Shown here one piece after another: positions 21,646-33,299 of a stretch of DNA of 36,162 nt. Position 1 is the first letter of the stretch. Each line of letters starts with the position of its first letter. A program made the translations under genes and the position numbers. Below the pieces are notes generated by a model. It saw only the letters and a list, made by a program, of their open reading frames with translations, did no database searches and was not told where the DNA came from. The DNA is taken from positions 1-36,162 of the forward strand of contig KZ539023.1 in NCBI GenBank assembly GCA_000934665.2, in the 5' to 3' direction. Source of the DNA: Catajapyx aquilonaris (Eukaryota).

Positions 21646-23643
21646 AAAGTGTGGTGCACAATGAGGACCGCATTGTAGACGTATACAAACCCACGATAAG
21701 CGCCCAGCTCCACTGTCGCTCCACAAAAACCAAAAATATCACGCATGGGTGACGTACCGTGCGTGGCAGGGCCACAGCAATGGACAGTACTGTTGCGGTA
21801 ACAAAAAGCCATACAGCATCACCAACACAAAGGGCTATTCCATCCTATAATCACCTCAAAATCTCCCGAAGGTACTGTTTCCTAATTGATTCAGCGAATG
21901 GGCCGTATACTTGACATAAGCATCCTTGGCACATCGATAAAAATCTCCAGGTGTTCATGTCAGTAGTTGGTCATGAACACACTCCCTCATGACCTGGCGA
22001 CCTATTCGAACACACTCCTTCAAGACATGCGACCAACCAAGAAAGGCTACTGTGGTTTGGCAAGACATAGCATAGCAACCATGATAGCAACCGTGAAGGC
22101 ATTTGGGAGCAGTATCAAGGCACCCGATTGTTTGCGACGCACCGTTGCCAACATTCGGGAGGCCCCCGCCAGCCCAACCCCGACTGCGTTGTTAAGGTGC
22201 GGATAAACTGTAGCCCAGCCATAGGTATTGCTAAGTTAACAGTAACTAGTTGTGGGATGAAAATTCCACCCACTGTCAATATGTCTCACCAAAGAAAAAA
22301 TATAACAGACTTTTTACAGAAGTCCAACTAAGCATCTAACATAACGTAGCTTTTTTTCATTATCAAACCCTATATGCAGCATTAGCATACAGTATGTATA
22401 ATATCCATTAAAAACCTCTGGATAGCTCATATTTATGGTGTCTAGGGCCGTTTTCGGATTATCCCTGTTTTCCGAATATCTGGGAACACCTGTGCATTCA
22501 TTATCAGCATTATCCGGAGTGCAGTGTACTCGTATAAATTTTCTTACTATTTATTGCAAATATACTAGCACGTGTGAATAAGAGGAATCACACTAAAATA
22601 CAGCCTATTTTATCCCCTATCTCCCAATGGGGTTCAGTTGCCGACTGGGCCAGTCAAAGCCCAGTCAAGTCCGAATGTGACCACAAAGGCACATTCTTCC
22701 TGCATCAGCCATTTCACTGTGCTCAGAATAGCCCCTGATAAAACAGCAGTGCCTCTGACCTTACATCACACTCTCACCCCACTAGACAGACAACAGCCCC
22801 AGTTTGGCCACCATGCTGTGTATATCCATCATGAATCCAGTATATGGCCTATTGAAATCACAAAACCAGTAAGCAAAAGCATTCCTTGCTTATGTGACTT
22901 ATTTATTTAATTTATTTAAAAGTAACAAAAAAAAGTATTTTTTCACCCCTTATCAAGCTCTACTTCATTCTAAAAATATTTCTCTATAGATGCACCAGTA
23001 ACATATCAAAATGGTGTCACAGTAGTGAATTACTCAGTTATATTCAGTCAGCAATAGGTAAAGGAATGGGAGAGTCACACTTTCAACATGTCATATTAAC
23101 CAAGGTACTCCATTGCAGCAGTAAAATAAAATGTAGTGTAAAAGTGACTAATAATACAACTTTCTGAAGTATCCAATGAAATGACTTTTCAAACAGACTG
23201 TCAGAGGGTTCAACAAAGCATTTTAACACATTTATAGAAAATAGTCTTCCTCTGACATTTCCCCTTCCTCTATTACCCCATTGCAGACTTAATATGTAAC
23301 CACACTACTTGACAGGTAACATTACATTTGCCAAAGTTGATGCTTCACACAACATGCTGTGTCATATAAGAAGGTGCAGCATTTCAGACATAATAATAAT
23401 AAAAAACTGACAGAGAAAAGGATCCAAGCGTAAAACAGACTTGCAGACAAGAAACCAGAGCTTTTCATGCCAAATTTACCAACACAAAAATTGTGGAAGC
23501 CATCAGCCATCAGAAATAAAAGGTATAGAAGGGCAACATAAAAACCATGTCTACAAAGTCATAGAGAGAAGTAATAGAAAATAGAGTGTCATTTCTGCAC
23601 TTTGCTTTTTCTCTGGAATTATTCTTTCCAGTTTTCCACTAAC

Positions 23644-24459
23644 CTTTGTCATGGTTTTCAGGCTGCGGGTCTAAGTCCTGCAAAGCCGGCACATTGCATT
23701 GCTCTGCTTTCTCCAGAAGCAACTGCTCTGGGACACTGGGAGGAATTGAAGTCGGTGTTACTATCTTTTCCTGCCCGACTCCCCTTCCCCCCACCCCACA
23801 ACCTCCACCAATGCCCCCACTTCCAACCGCGATACTGAGTGGTGCCAGACTCTTCCTGAATGGCCAGAGGTCAAGCAGCCTCTCACTAGAGATGCTTGTT
23901 CCAGCTGCTATTGGAGGACCACCTCTCATGGCCCTCATGCCTTCAATAGAGTGCCTTTTGAGCCTCCTATCTCTGAATCCAGCAGGACCCAAAAAGCACT
24001 GTCCACCACCTTCCACACTCCCACTGCTCCGACCTACTGCCACCCTATGTTTTGTTAGAAGTGGGGAAGTACTGCCATCATTCTCATCCTCTTCATCATC
24101 TGCACTTCCATTGCCCTCTTGCTTCAGAAACTGCAGCGACTCACTCCTGTGTGATTGATCCTGAGGCTGCTCCCTCACTTCCCTAACACTTCCCATAATC
24201 CCAAGCAAGTCAGAGCTTTGCCCTCGTGAGGAGTAACGATTGCTGGGTGCCTCTCCACTCAAATTGGTTATCCCTTCCAGACTCAAAGGATGGACCAATG
24301 GACTTGGATGGTGGTGGTGATGGTGGTGGTGGTGTGGATGATGATGGTGGTTTGGCTGGTAGTAGGGCTTCAGCATGTACTCAGCAGGGCACGTCTCCAG
24401 GGCACTTCGCACCCTCCGAACCTGCTGCTGCCCCATACAAATCTTGGAAGGGCCCAAGC
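23644..24459 (-). CDS. pcx: pecanex coding exon (provisional E5), large low-complexity His/Gly/Ser-rich exon
   Basis: 272-codon open frame; acceptor ctgcttccag|GC, donor AAAG|gttagt; 816 nt, phase 1->1, fits both neighbours. Encodes QQVRRVRSALET, a His tract, HPLSLE and SGSTSPLL-like motifs. The 5' boundary is less certain because the pyrimidine tract is weak. Confidence 0.82.
24308..24349 (-). repeat. coding (CAC/CAT)n His tract
   Basis: Encodes HHHHPHHHHHHHHH within E5. Confidence 0.85.
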
Positions 24460-24594
24460 CTGGAAGCAGTGGCGTAACTTCAATTCTGCCTCTTCTTCCT
24501 CATCAGCAGCCCTTACCCTTACATTTCTATAACATTACCCAACTCTTCTGATAAAGCCATGAATCACTTCTGTCACTGATGTCCCCCAGATGTA

Positions 24595-24671
24595 CTATAT
24601 CAGTAAAAAAGATAGACGATTTTTCATTGAAACCAAATGCAAAACCATCTCCATCTTTTTCAGCTGTATAG
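24595..24671. mobile_element. 77-bp CTAT-ended mini-MITE, relative of 26176-26275
   Basis: TA|CTATATCAGTAAAAAAGATAGACGAT...ATCTTTTTCAGCTGTATAG|TA. Confidence 0.7.
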
Positions 24672-25720
24672 TACATCTAACGTAAGAGCATCAATATTCT
24701 TGTGGCATCTGTAGTAGCATTTGTGCTCCTTATTCAATACTGTTGCACTAAGTCTTTTACAATATGATTGTAAATTAATATCAAAATAGGTTTGGATCAC
24801 AGGTTATAACCAAAAACCCTCAAGTTTTGTAGAAATATGTCATGCTTAGAACTGTGGATCCAGTTTCATATTGAACTGGATGAGTGTCTACTGTGTGTAG
24901 AATAACATGTTAAGATTCTGCATTGAATAATAATCACTTTTTGCATTATTGCCCAGAGCTTATTAATAAGGTAGGCTCCAAACCATGTCAAGATTAACCC
25001 TTTGTCTCCCGCTGGATTCTGCACTGTTTAAAAATAGCGCCCTAGGTGAAAATCACTGGATCTGGAACCGTTGGTTTCGCTCTCCATTCATGCAGACAAT
25101 GGGACTGAAGCGTCTGAGACCTACAAACCTGAGTTGTATTTTGAGAGAGCCATGTACCGCCTCCTATGCTATGCCCGAGAAGGTGACATCATCCTATGGC
25201 GACATCTACATGGTGTTTTTTAGGCGTCTTCCACCCCTCAAACAAATCCAAGAAAATTCTATATGATTTCCCAGTCCCTCTGATGAATATTATAAAAACA
25301 TTAAATGTTCGTTTAAAAATTGTTAAAGGTCCGGTTTAAAAGGAGGTAATGTGAACCACCAGGTGCAGAAAAAAGGTGGCTCAGGTGGCAAGCGGCCACT
25401 GCCTAAAGCTCGGAGCAGTCCGCCCGGCCAATTAGGTGTGAGGTCACTTTCACGGCTACAATGGCACAGGGGGAGTTTGCCTACCCTTGACAGATAATTC
25501 TGATTTTTTCCACGACGAAAAGTAAGTCACAGAATTTCTGGATTTTTTTAATGGTTTTCAGCTGCACCTCCATTTACTAGGAAATATGCGGCAGGGAGCT
25601 ATGTGAATTTAAATACGTCCAGTAAACGTTTGTTTACAATGAATTCGACATTTGGCCTATGACGTCATGCAATTAAAAATATCACGCGAGTGGCGTAAAT
25701 ACTCATGAACATAGAAACTA

Positions 25721-26360
25721 CAGGGTGATTCTCTCGAATGGAAACCCAAACATTCCTCAATAACTTTTTAACTATGGTATGGTTCCTGATGAAAATTAAC
25801 ATGTACTTACCTAGTATCATGCCAAACAAGGTCTGACTAAAGAATATACCAAAAGTGGTCCCCTCCAGCATCCAAGAATTTTTAAATCCGAGTCTGCATA
25901 TTGCCGAAGACTCCTGCAGATGGCTGGCGGAATGGCTCAACTCCCGCCCACCCGCCTGCTTGGTGAGAGGGGGTTGCAAGGCCACGGTCCCGTTGCCTTG
26001 AGATGCTTTCTCGCCAAGCAGGCGGGAGGGTGGGAATGGATGGGATCGCCGCCTTCAATCTGCAGGAGTCTTCAGCAATATGTAGACTCGGATTTAAAAA
26101 TTCTTGGATGCTGGAGGGGACCACTTTTGGTATATTCTTTAGTCATACCTTGTTTGGCATGATACAAGGTAAGTACTATATCGCCCAAAAAGATAGAGAC
26201 GATTTTGCATTTGACTCAAGTGCAACTTGCACTTGAATCAAATGCCAATCGTCTCTATCTTTTTGAGCGATATAGTACATGTTAATTTTCATCAGGAACC
26301 ATACCATAGTTAAAAAGTTATTGAGGAATGTTTGGGTTTCCATTCGAGAGAATCACCCTG
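25721..26360. mobile_element. Tc1/mariner-type palindromic MITE nested in the piggyBac-like element
   Basis: TA|CAGGGTGATTCTCTCGAATGG ... CCATTCGAGAGAATCACCCTG|TA; near-perfect arms of ~200 bp. Confidence 0.93.
26176..26275. mobile_element. 100-bp hairpin mini-MITE
   Basis: TA|CTATATCGCCCAAAAAGATAGAGACGAT...ATCGTCTCTATCTTTTTGAGCGATATAG|TA. The host's left arm (catgTActtacc) shows the empty site with a single TA. Confidence 0.92.
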
Positions 26361-26713
26361 TAGAAGTTACCTCAGGCTATAGTGAAAGAATTTCTGCCGG
26401 GGTTATACCAGTGAATTTTTAAAAATAATTTTGTTTGGCCATGTTCATACGACCAACATGGCAGCGGGAGACAAAGCGTTAACACCCTGTTGGTAATACG
26501 AAGGCAGACACTGTATGCCTAAGTACCTCATTTTCAACTTCCTCCTCCTCAGTCAGACCCAGGCTGACAGCAAAGTTTTATAAAGTCTATGTAAAGCAGG
26601 AGAGAAAGCAATCTCCATGTCAGATTTCCTGTTGTATTGTGTTTTGTTTGGGGACGAGGGGTTGACTGTTTCTTCAGGTACAGTAAGTGTAGTGTTAAGG
26701 TCCTGCACAGTCG

Positions 26714-26842
26714 TGGAAATTAATGGAGAAGCACAAGTGTCACCTCCTGGTGGAGTTTCCCTCTACATGAAGCAGCTTTACGAGTATGTAGAGGGAAAAC
26801 TTCTCCAGGAGGTGATACTTGTTCTACTCCATTAATTTCCAC
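26714..26842. repeat. hairpin with ~55-bp arms, probably a MITE
   Basis: gtggaaattaatggagaagcacaagtgtcacctcctgg...ctctacat is inverted as atgtagagggaaaac...ccattaatttccac. Confidence 0.8.
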
Positions 26843-26848
26843 CACTTA

Positions 26849-26927
26849 CTATTGGCATGGAAAAGGTCCGGACACTTGTCAATGGTCAGCCTACCCCAAA
26901 GAGTCTGGACCATTTCCGTGCTAATAG
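26849..26927. mobile_element. 79-bp CTAT-ended mini-MITE
   Basis: TA|CTATTGGCATGGAAAAGGTCCGGAC ... GTCTGGACCATTTCCGTGCTAATAG|TA. Confidence 0.8.
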
Positions 26928-26958
26928 TACATTCCTGTTATGTCGAGTGCCATCTCAT

Positions 26959-28471
26959 AAGGGAATAAGGGAGTGTTGTCAATGTTGTTGCTGAATGAAA
27001 CTTGGCACAATAATATAGGCAGGCAAGTTATTAAACAAAATGCAAACCCTTTCTTCGGAGCACGACAAGGTCAAAAGTTATGACCTCTCGATGTCAGCCC
27101 AGACAGCTTACCTTACGAGCGACGTTTCAGATATCGCACTCAAAAAAAGTAGACATTTTATTATATCACTAAAAAGGGATAATTACTCTGATTACAACGA
27201 GCCAAATTGAAACTGTATTACCTCACATAAAGTGGCATGCCGATGTAGCAGAGGTCAACCAGTTTTTAGAAATGCACAATCTGGTGGCTATACCGGCATG
27301 CTGGTCGAGGTATGCTGGTATAAGGTATAATCCTTTCCGAACTTGACATTTGCCTGAAAATCAAAATTCACAAAAAGTCATCGAAAAGGCACATTTTCCG
27401 AATATATTGTTTTCAATTGCAGTGTCTGGCAATAATCTCTCTTTAAAAGCCGGCTGACGATGGGATTTGTCACACAATCATCATTTTTTACATGCACTGT
27501 GCAACAGAACTTGTATATTATCACAGCCTACACACTCGCCCAATTTCATCGTAACAATTTCAGTACGGTACTAGAAGCGTTCCATTAAAAAACGACGAGG
27601 ATCACAATTACGAAAATCTACCTCGGTTATTGCGGCATGCCAGCCACCCCTGGGTTATACCGGCATCATGTTACCTCGTTTTATACCGGCATGCCGCTTT
27701 ATGTGATGTAATATGGTAGATCGTAGCCATATTTTAAAAAGTCACTTCTGAATTNGAAATCCCCCCCCCCCCCCCCAAATTATACAAAAATTATTTTTTC
27801 TCACATTACGTGCCCGATTGGCATCAAATCCAGCTTATTATAGCTTACTCGTGGAAAATTCAGAAGATCAAGTTCCCTAATTTGTCATAAGCAGGAAACA
27901 AACTACTTGCACATGAAGTGAAGCATCATACATTAGCACATCTACAACTGTTTGTGACAATGTGTCCAAATCAAAACATGTCCGTACAATGAGTACATCT
28001 TACGTAATAATATGACAGTGTGATAGAACTGTACAGTATAAAGAGAAAGCAGGGAAACTGTTTTTTAGTATATTTTTGTCAGCTCAGTAGAAGCCTATTG
28101 GCCCACTGCATATACAAAAGTTTGTCATATAATCATGAGGCAGTAAGGAAATTGACTAATTGCAGTCGAAGACTAATCAAGGGTTTTTACAGCGGCTTTT
28201 TCAAATATGGCTGCAATCTAGCAATTTAGCTCATTGTAATCAGAGTAATTATCCCTTTCCAGTGATGTAATAAAAGGTATACTTTTTTTTAGTGCGATAT
28301 CTGAAACGTCGCTCGTAAGGTAAGCTGTCCAGGCTGACATTGAGAGGTCATAACTTGTAACCTTGTAGCGCTTCACAGAAATGGTTTGCAATTTGTTTAA
28401 TAACTTACCTGCATATATTATTGTGCCAAGTTTCAATCAGCAACTCCATTGACAACCCCTACTGTTCCCTT
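26959..28471. mobile_element. long-TIR non-autonomous DNA element (possibly Kolobok-like)
   Basis: Arm 26959-27210, resuming at 27717-27745, is the inverted complement of ~28190-28471. Ends AAGGGAA...TTCCCTT; TSD degenerate. Confidence 0.8.
27216..27713. mobile_element. TIR element nested in the left arm of 26959-28471
   Basis: TATTACCTCACATAAAGTGGCATGCCG / CGGCATGCCGCTTTATGTGATGTAATA; internal tataccggcat repeats; absent from the right arm. Confidence 0.7.
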
Positions 28472-29568
28472 GTCAGTAAGGTCATGTGAGCCACAGTACA
28501 CATGATATGCTTAGATTGCATTTGTTCGGGTTTGGTGAAGATGTTTTGAATATAGTGTATGTCATTAAAATAATATCATATATTGGTGTGGGTCATGCTT
28601 TAAGCTTCCTTCTTTGTCATTGATTACCCCTTCCCTTCCATAGAAATAGATTGTAATTGTGCTGATGTTGTAATAGAGTGTAAGATAGTGAATTTGTGCG
28701 ACACCTTTTATGCATCACAAATCAATATTATTAAGATTTTTGATAAGTGCATAATAGTCTTAATGAAAAAAGTGAAAGCTAGCATTGCAAAAGACATGTC
28801 CACTACTGCAATATTGCAGTAGAAAATATTGAAAATATAATTTTTTGGATGATAAAAGAGTCAGAGTAACTGATTCGAACATACAGGCATTTTAATTTTA
28901 CCTTTTACAGCAAGAATAGATTCACTCAAACTTTTAGATTTGCTGATTGGTCACTAAAACTGACAATTAATGAAATTGGTAAGGTTGCCTAGTGTAACAT
29001 CCCATATGAAGGGATATTATATTATACAACTAGTTTTACACAATAATCGCTTACATTAATTCAGTTTTATTGAACAACATGCTATTCTGCAAATTTGGCT
29101 CTTCAATCATTATTATATTAATATTAAAATTCTCCATGTTCCAACTGCTTGCTGTGGCCATTTCAAGTTTTTTTTTATTTTTAATTTGACTGTTAGAGCT
29201 CATTTATGTCTCTTGCAATTATTCTAGCCTTAACATTTCTCATTCATGTTATTATGCACCTTTTGCACCCAATATCTTGATTCATGAAACAAAATATTTC
29301 CAATCTTATTGGTAGAATCTTTGGCACATTTATCAGCAGTCAACATGAGTCAATAGGGACTACAGACAAATTTCCAGATCATCACAAAGATAACTGACAA
29401 AATTCTGCCAGTGAATCTGACTTGAGTTTCAAACACCATGCTAATAATTGAAAATTCCCATCATGAGCTGTAGCTACCAATGCAACACATCATGTAAATC
29501 TCTTTGCTGAACAAAGGCAATAGAGTTATTCAATAGTAACAGGCACTCTTCCACTAGACAAGTCAATA

Positions 29569-29801
29569 CAGGGTGTTTCACTGCCCAAGTATGAGATCCT
29601 TGAGGAAAAATGGGAAGAGTTGATGAGTTAGACACTTGTGAACCACATCAAATCTCCAGTCCTGAATCGGCCAAAGATTTGGGGGTGCCTGAACTATTTT
29701 GCATGTGGCCAACTTTGTTTACGTCACCAGAGGTGAATAACCCAGCAATTCTTCCCTGCATCCCGTCTTTGGATCATCAAATTGGGCACAGATGCACCCT
29801 G
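29569..29801. mobile_element. Tc1/mariner-type MITE, degenerate
   Basis: TA|CAGGGTGTTTCACTGCCCAA ... TTGGGCACAGATGCACCCTG|TA. Confidence 0.65.
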
Positions 29802-29805
29802 TATA

Positions 29806-30243
29806 CAGGGTGTCATTGAATAGACCTGTCACACCTGTACCCGTGGCTGAATTGTCACCAGAGGCACGTGATGTAGAGGAGTCATTATGTCTGGGCAGCC
29901 TCATTACTGAGATAATTGCCTTCAAACGACAAGTACAAAGTATCCTGGGAGGTATGGAAACCTTCAGCCCCGAAATCGCATCACAGGTCAAAATAGCAGC
30001 TTTTCCATTTGGGTACTAGCATGTCACATGGCACACACTGACACGCACTGCTTATTTTCAAGAGCAATCACACTTGTCACTGCTATTTGACGATCACTCC
30101 TAGGCCCAATCCCTAAATCACAAATGATCAATGATCTCAGTAATGAGGCTGCCCAGACATAATGAGTCCTCTACATAACATGATCCTCTGGTGACAATTA
30201 AGACACGGGTACACGTCTGACTGGTCGATTCAATGACACCCTG
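29806..30243. mobile_element. Tc1/mariner-type MITE with ~110-bp TIRs
   Basis: TA|CAGGGTGTCATTGAAT ... ATTCAATGACACCCTG; both arms share cattatgtctgggcagcctcattactgagat in inverted orientation. Confidence 0.85.
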
Positions 30244-30727
30244 TCTGCTCTTCTCACAATTGTAATGGCCTTTTTCAATAGTGAAGAATGTTAGTCTCAT
30301 GATAGGGTGTGAGAAGAAAGTAAGTTTTCTTCTCCCATCTCAATGTAGCCTTCCTCTGTTCAGTTATTATGAAATGCCATGAATGTGAAGAAAAACATTA
30401 CTAACATTCAAAAGTTTTCACTTGGGTATCAAGAATCAAGGAGGTCAGCTCTGCTGTAATGTTTTGGATCTGATACCCAAGAAACCTCCTCCTCCTCCTC
30501 CTCCCCCCCNNNNNNNNNNNNNCCCCCCCCCCCCAACCCCCACCCAAAATTAAAGCTCTCTCAGCCAATTCTCATGCAAAAATTAAAAATAATGGCAAGG
30601 AATGTCAGGAGTCAATGGCAAAATTAAGTGTAGCTTGAAAACTAAACAAAGTCTGCACAACAATAATTATTGCAGACTCATGTCAGATCCATGCCTTTTG
30701 ACGGAAGTGACCTTTAACAAACTACAG

Positions 30728-31223
30728 CAGGGATATTCAACTGGCGGTCCGGATCCGGACCGCGACGCAATTTTGTCCGGACCGCGACAATATACAGGAC
30801 AGTTTGAAATAGCATGATAAATTACTAATTCATGATTTTTTTTGAAAAAGTGCTACCAATTTCATCAAATACACACCTATTCAAATCCCCCACATTTCAC
30901 CTAAGCTCGTGTGACCTTGAACCCCCAAAAAATTTCGCCTGCGGCGGGCTCGTTCCCCGCCATTTACGGCTTGTTCACCTTGTGCTTNNNNNNNNNNNNC
31001 CCCCCTCCAAAATTCTTCTGCCTGCGCCCCTGTATACAGGACATCATAAAGGGCGAAAATGTCTTAATAGGCCCTTCTACCCTTGCTGCACATGTTTATA
31101 TTTTCGAATATGAACCCTGTGGAACCATATAAAATCTATATCGGGGGGGGGTGTCGTCCGGACCTTCAATGGCCCAGGAAAGGTAAATACTGGACCTTGT
31201 CAGAAACTAGTTGAATACCCCTG
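30728..31223. mobile_element. hAT (Charlie-like) MITE
   Basis: CAGGGATATTCAACT / AGTTGAATACCCCTG; perfect 8-bp TSD AACTACAG at 30720-30727 and 31224-31231; subterminal tccggacc repeats. Confidence 0.9.
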
Positions 31224-31228
31224 AACTA

Positions 31229-31402
31229 CAGGATGACCCAAAAGTCTGGACACGTAGGTAATTGGACTGTATCTTTGGTTTCCCATTGTGTCAACTGGCA
31301 GGTTGTAGACAGTCAGTAAAGGTTGAGTTCCTGGAGTTGGCACAACTGGCAACCAGCAATACAATCCAATTACCTATGCATCAAGACTTTTGGGTAACCC
31401 TG
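31229..31402. mobile_element. Tc1/mariner-type palindromic MITE
   Basis: TA|CAGGATGACCCAAAAGTCT..TAGGTAATTGGA / TCCAATTACCTA..AGACTTTTGGGTAACCCTG. Confidence 0.8.
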
Positions 31403-33249
31403 TTAAACTGCCTGTGTATCTATGCTATCATCCTGTCATTCCACCAGTCTTACACCAAGTTGTAACTTCTTGGCTGTACACTTTCAAATATGTGTAGGTC
31501 AATTTGTTCCCAACTCAAATAAACTAACATGTTAATATGCCACATGTAATTCAATAATTATTATCATCTAGCATGACATAATGACTGTCATTTGGCAAAG
31601 CACACAGCTTGAGAGTTGAAATACATACAATGTAGATGAACATAGTACTAGCCTAGTGCTACACATCATGCTGATGGTCAACTGTAATCACCAGAAGAGG
31701 GAAAATGCCTCAGTGACAGAATGAAAGTGGTACCACCAGATGTTCCCAACTACTAGAAAACAGACTTGTGAAGGGAAAAAATCTTGCACACCCACTATTA
31801 ACATTGAAGATAAGAATAATGCAGCATGGGTTGTTAGTAAAACCATTATTAAATTATACAATATGCATAAGGTCTGAGGCCAGGTATTTTTCAAATCCTC
31901 ATGATACAGCTTGTTTATGCAGACCCAAGTTATTTGCATTATTGTCAAAAGCAAAGTAAAACACAGAGCACAGGTTTTATCAATGCCCAAATTTCCATCC
32001 TTTCCCCCCTCCAACTTGCAAGTCACTCTTTTGGGCAGGAAAGGTTGAGGTGATGAGGAGGAAATTTGCATGCTGAAAAAAACCCAGCTTTCTCGAGAGA
32101 TTTGCTTCTACAATAATCTTAAATCTTACATCAAGGACAGGTCTTATGAAACCACAAGAAATACTAATTGCAGTAATATACGACTCAGAACCAAATGTTT
32201 GCATTTATGTCTGCCACTGGAGCTTCATTTGTAGTTAGAATTTAACAGCACTTCATAACATCAAACAGGAATTACACTGTAATGTACTGCCTGAAATTTC
32301 CTTCAATCATGGAAACTTTCACTCAGAGCCTAGGAAAATGCAGCTAAAACAAACAACTCAGAAGAAAATGTTTACAATGAGTCATTAAAATTTATGCAAC
32401 ATATGACAACATTTCAATCAACTTCAGTCTGGTGATGTAATGTGCAGGTCAGATAAATCACCTCACAATAATCCATACATAATTATCGAGTAATGCTCAT
32501 ACATAAATTTAAGCTTTGTTATTAACTGCACTCCAGCTGAGGTGGCTCTTGCAGTTGGTGACTTTTACACCGTATGCTATACTTATTATTAATCAGTTAT
32601 TCTGAAACAACTTTTATCAAGATTAACTAATTAGATTAGACTGAATGGATGCAATAATATTTTAACCACAGAAAACTCTTATGGTTAATTTTTATGGGGG
32701 TTTGACACTGCTCCAAGATGCATATTAAACTTGGAAACACTGCAAAGTTGTGGGTAACTCCCAAGTAATCTAGGTGCCTGGACCCAAAGATGATCTGGGT
32801 AGCTGTTTGTATCAGAACTCAACTAGCAAGTAAAAGAATATCTACATGTGATGCATTTCCTGATCCTAAATAAGAATGCCCACTTCAAAATAGGTTCCTT
32901 CAATTTTAGTCCTTTGTCCTTTTTGTGAATTTACCCTGCAACAGTAATTATGTACAGCAGTGTCACAAGTCCCACTGGTGTGCAAAATAACATGAAGTGG
33001 ATCAGCTTGCAATCATAATATAGTGTTGTTCCCATTTAAAATAAAACAATTCCTCTCCATATTGGATCTCTTCCCATGAAATTCTGCATTGCCAATAAAA
33101 TGGCCTACAAGTTTTGCATAGTATTATCAACCACAACAAACGTAGGCTGGTTGATTTTCTCTAAGGATGTGGAAACTGCATTACGAGCCTTAATTGGTAG
33201 AGGGGAGGTAACTATCCATACAGCTTGGCATAAGTGCCATGGCATTACA

Positions 33250-33251
<2 letters not shown>

Positions 33252-33299
<48 letters not shown>

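Larger units (their letters stand above)
24998..26478. mobile_element. piggyBac-like non-autonomous element
   Basis: TTAA|CCCTTTGTCTCCCGCTG ... CAGCGGGAGACAAAGCG|TTAA (16/17 TIR match). Confidence 0.85.

Noticed and set aside
26526..26764. Possible extra pecanex exon (Glu-rich end, AG/GT sites)
   Set aside because: Stops occur in all frames from the candidate acceptors, and the upstream part is one arm of a hairpin repeat.
31688..32204. 127-aa and 74-aa minus-strand ORFs as nested genes or exons
   Set aside because: No recognisable motif or convincing splice sites; consistent with chance ORFs.
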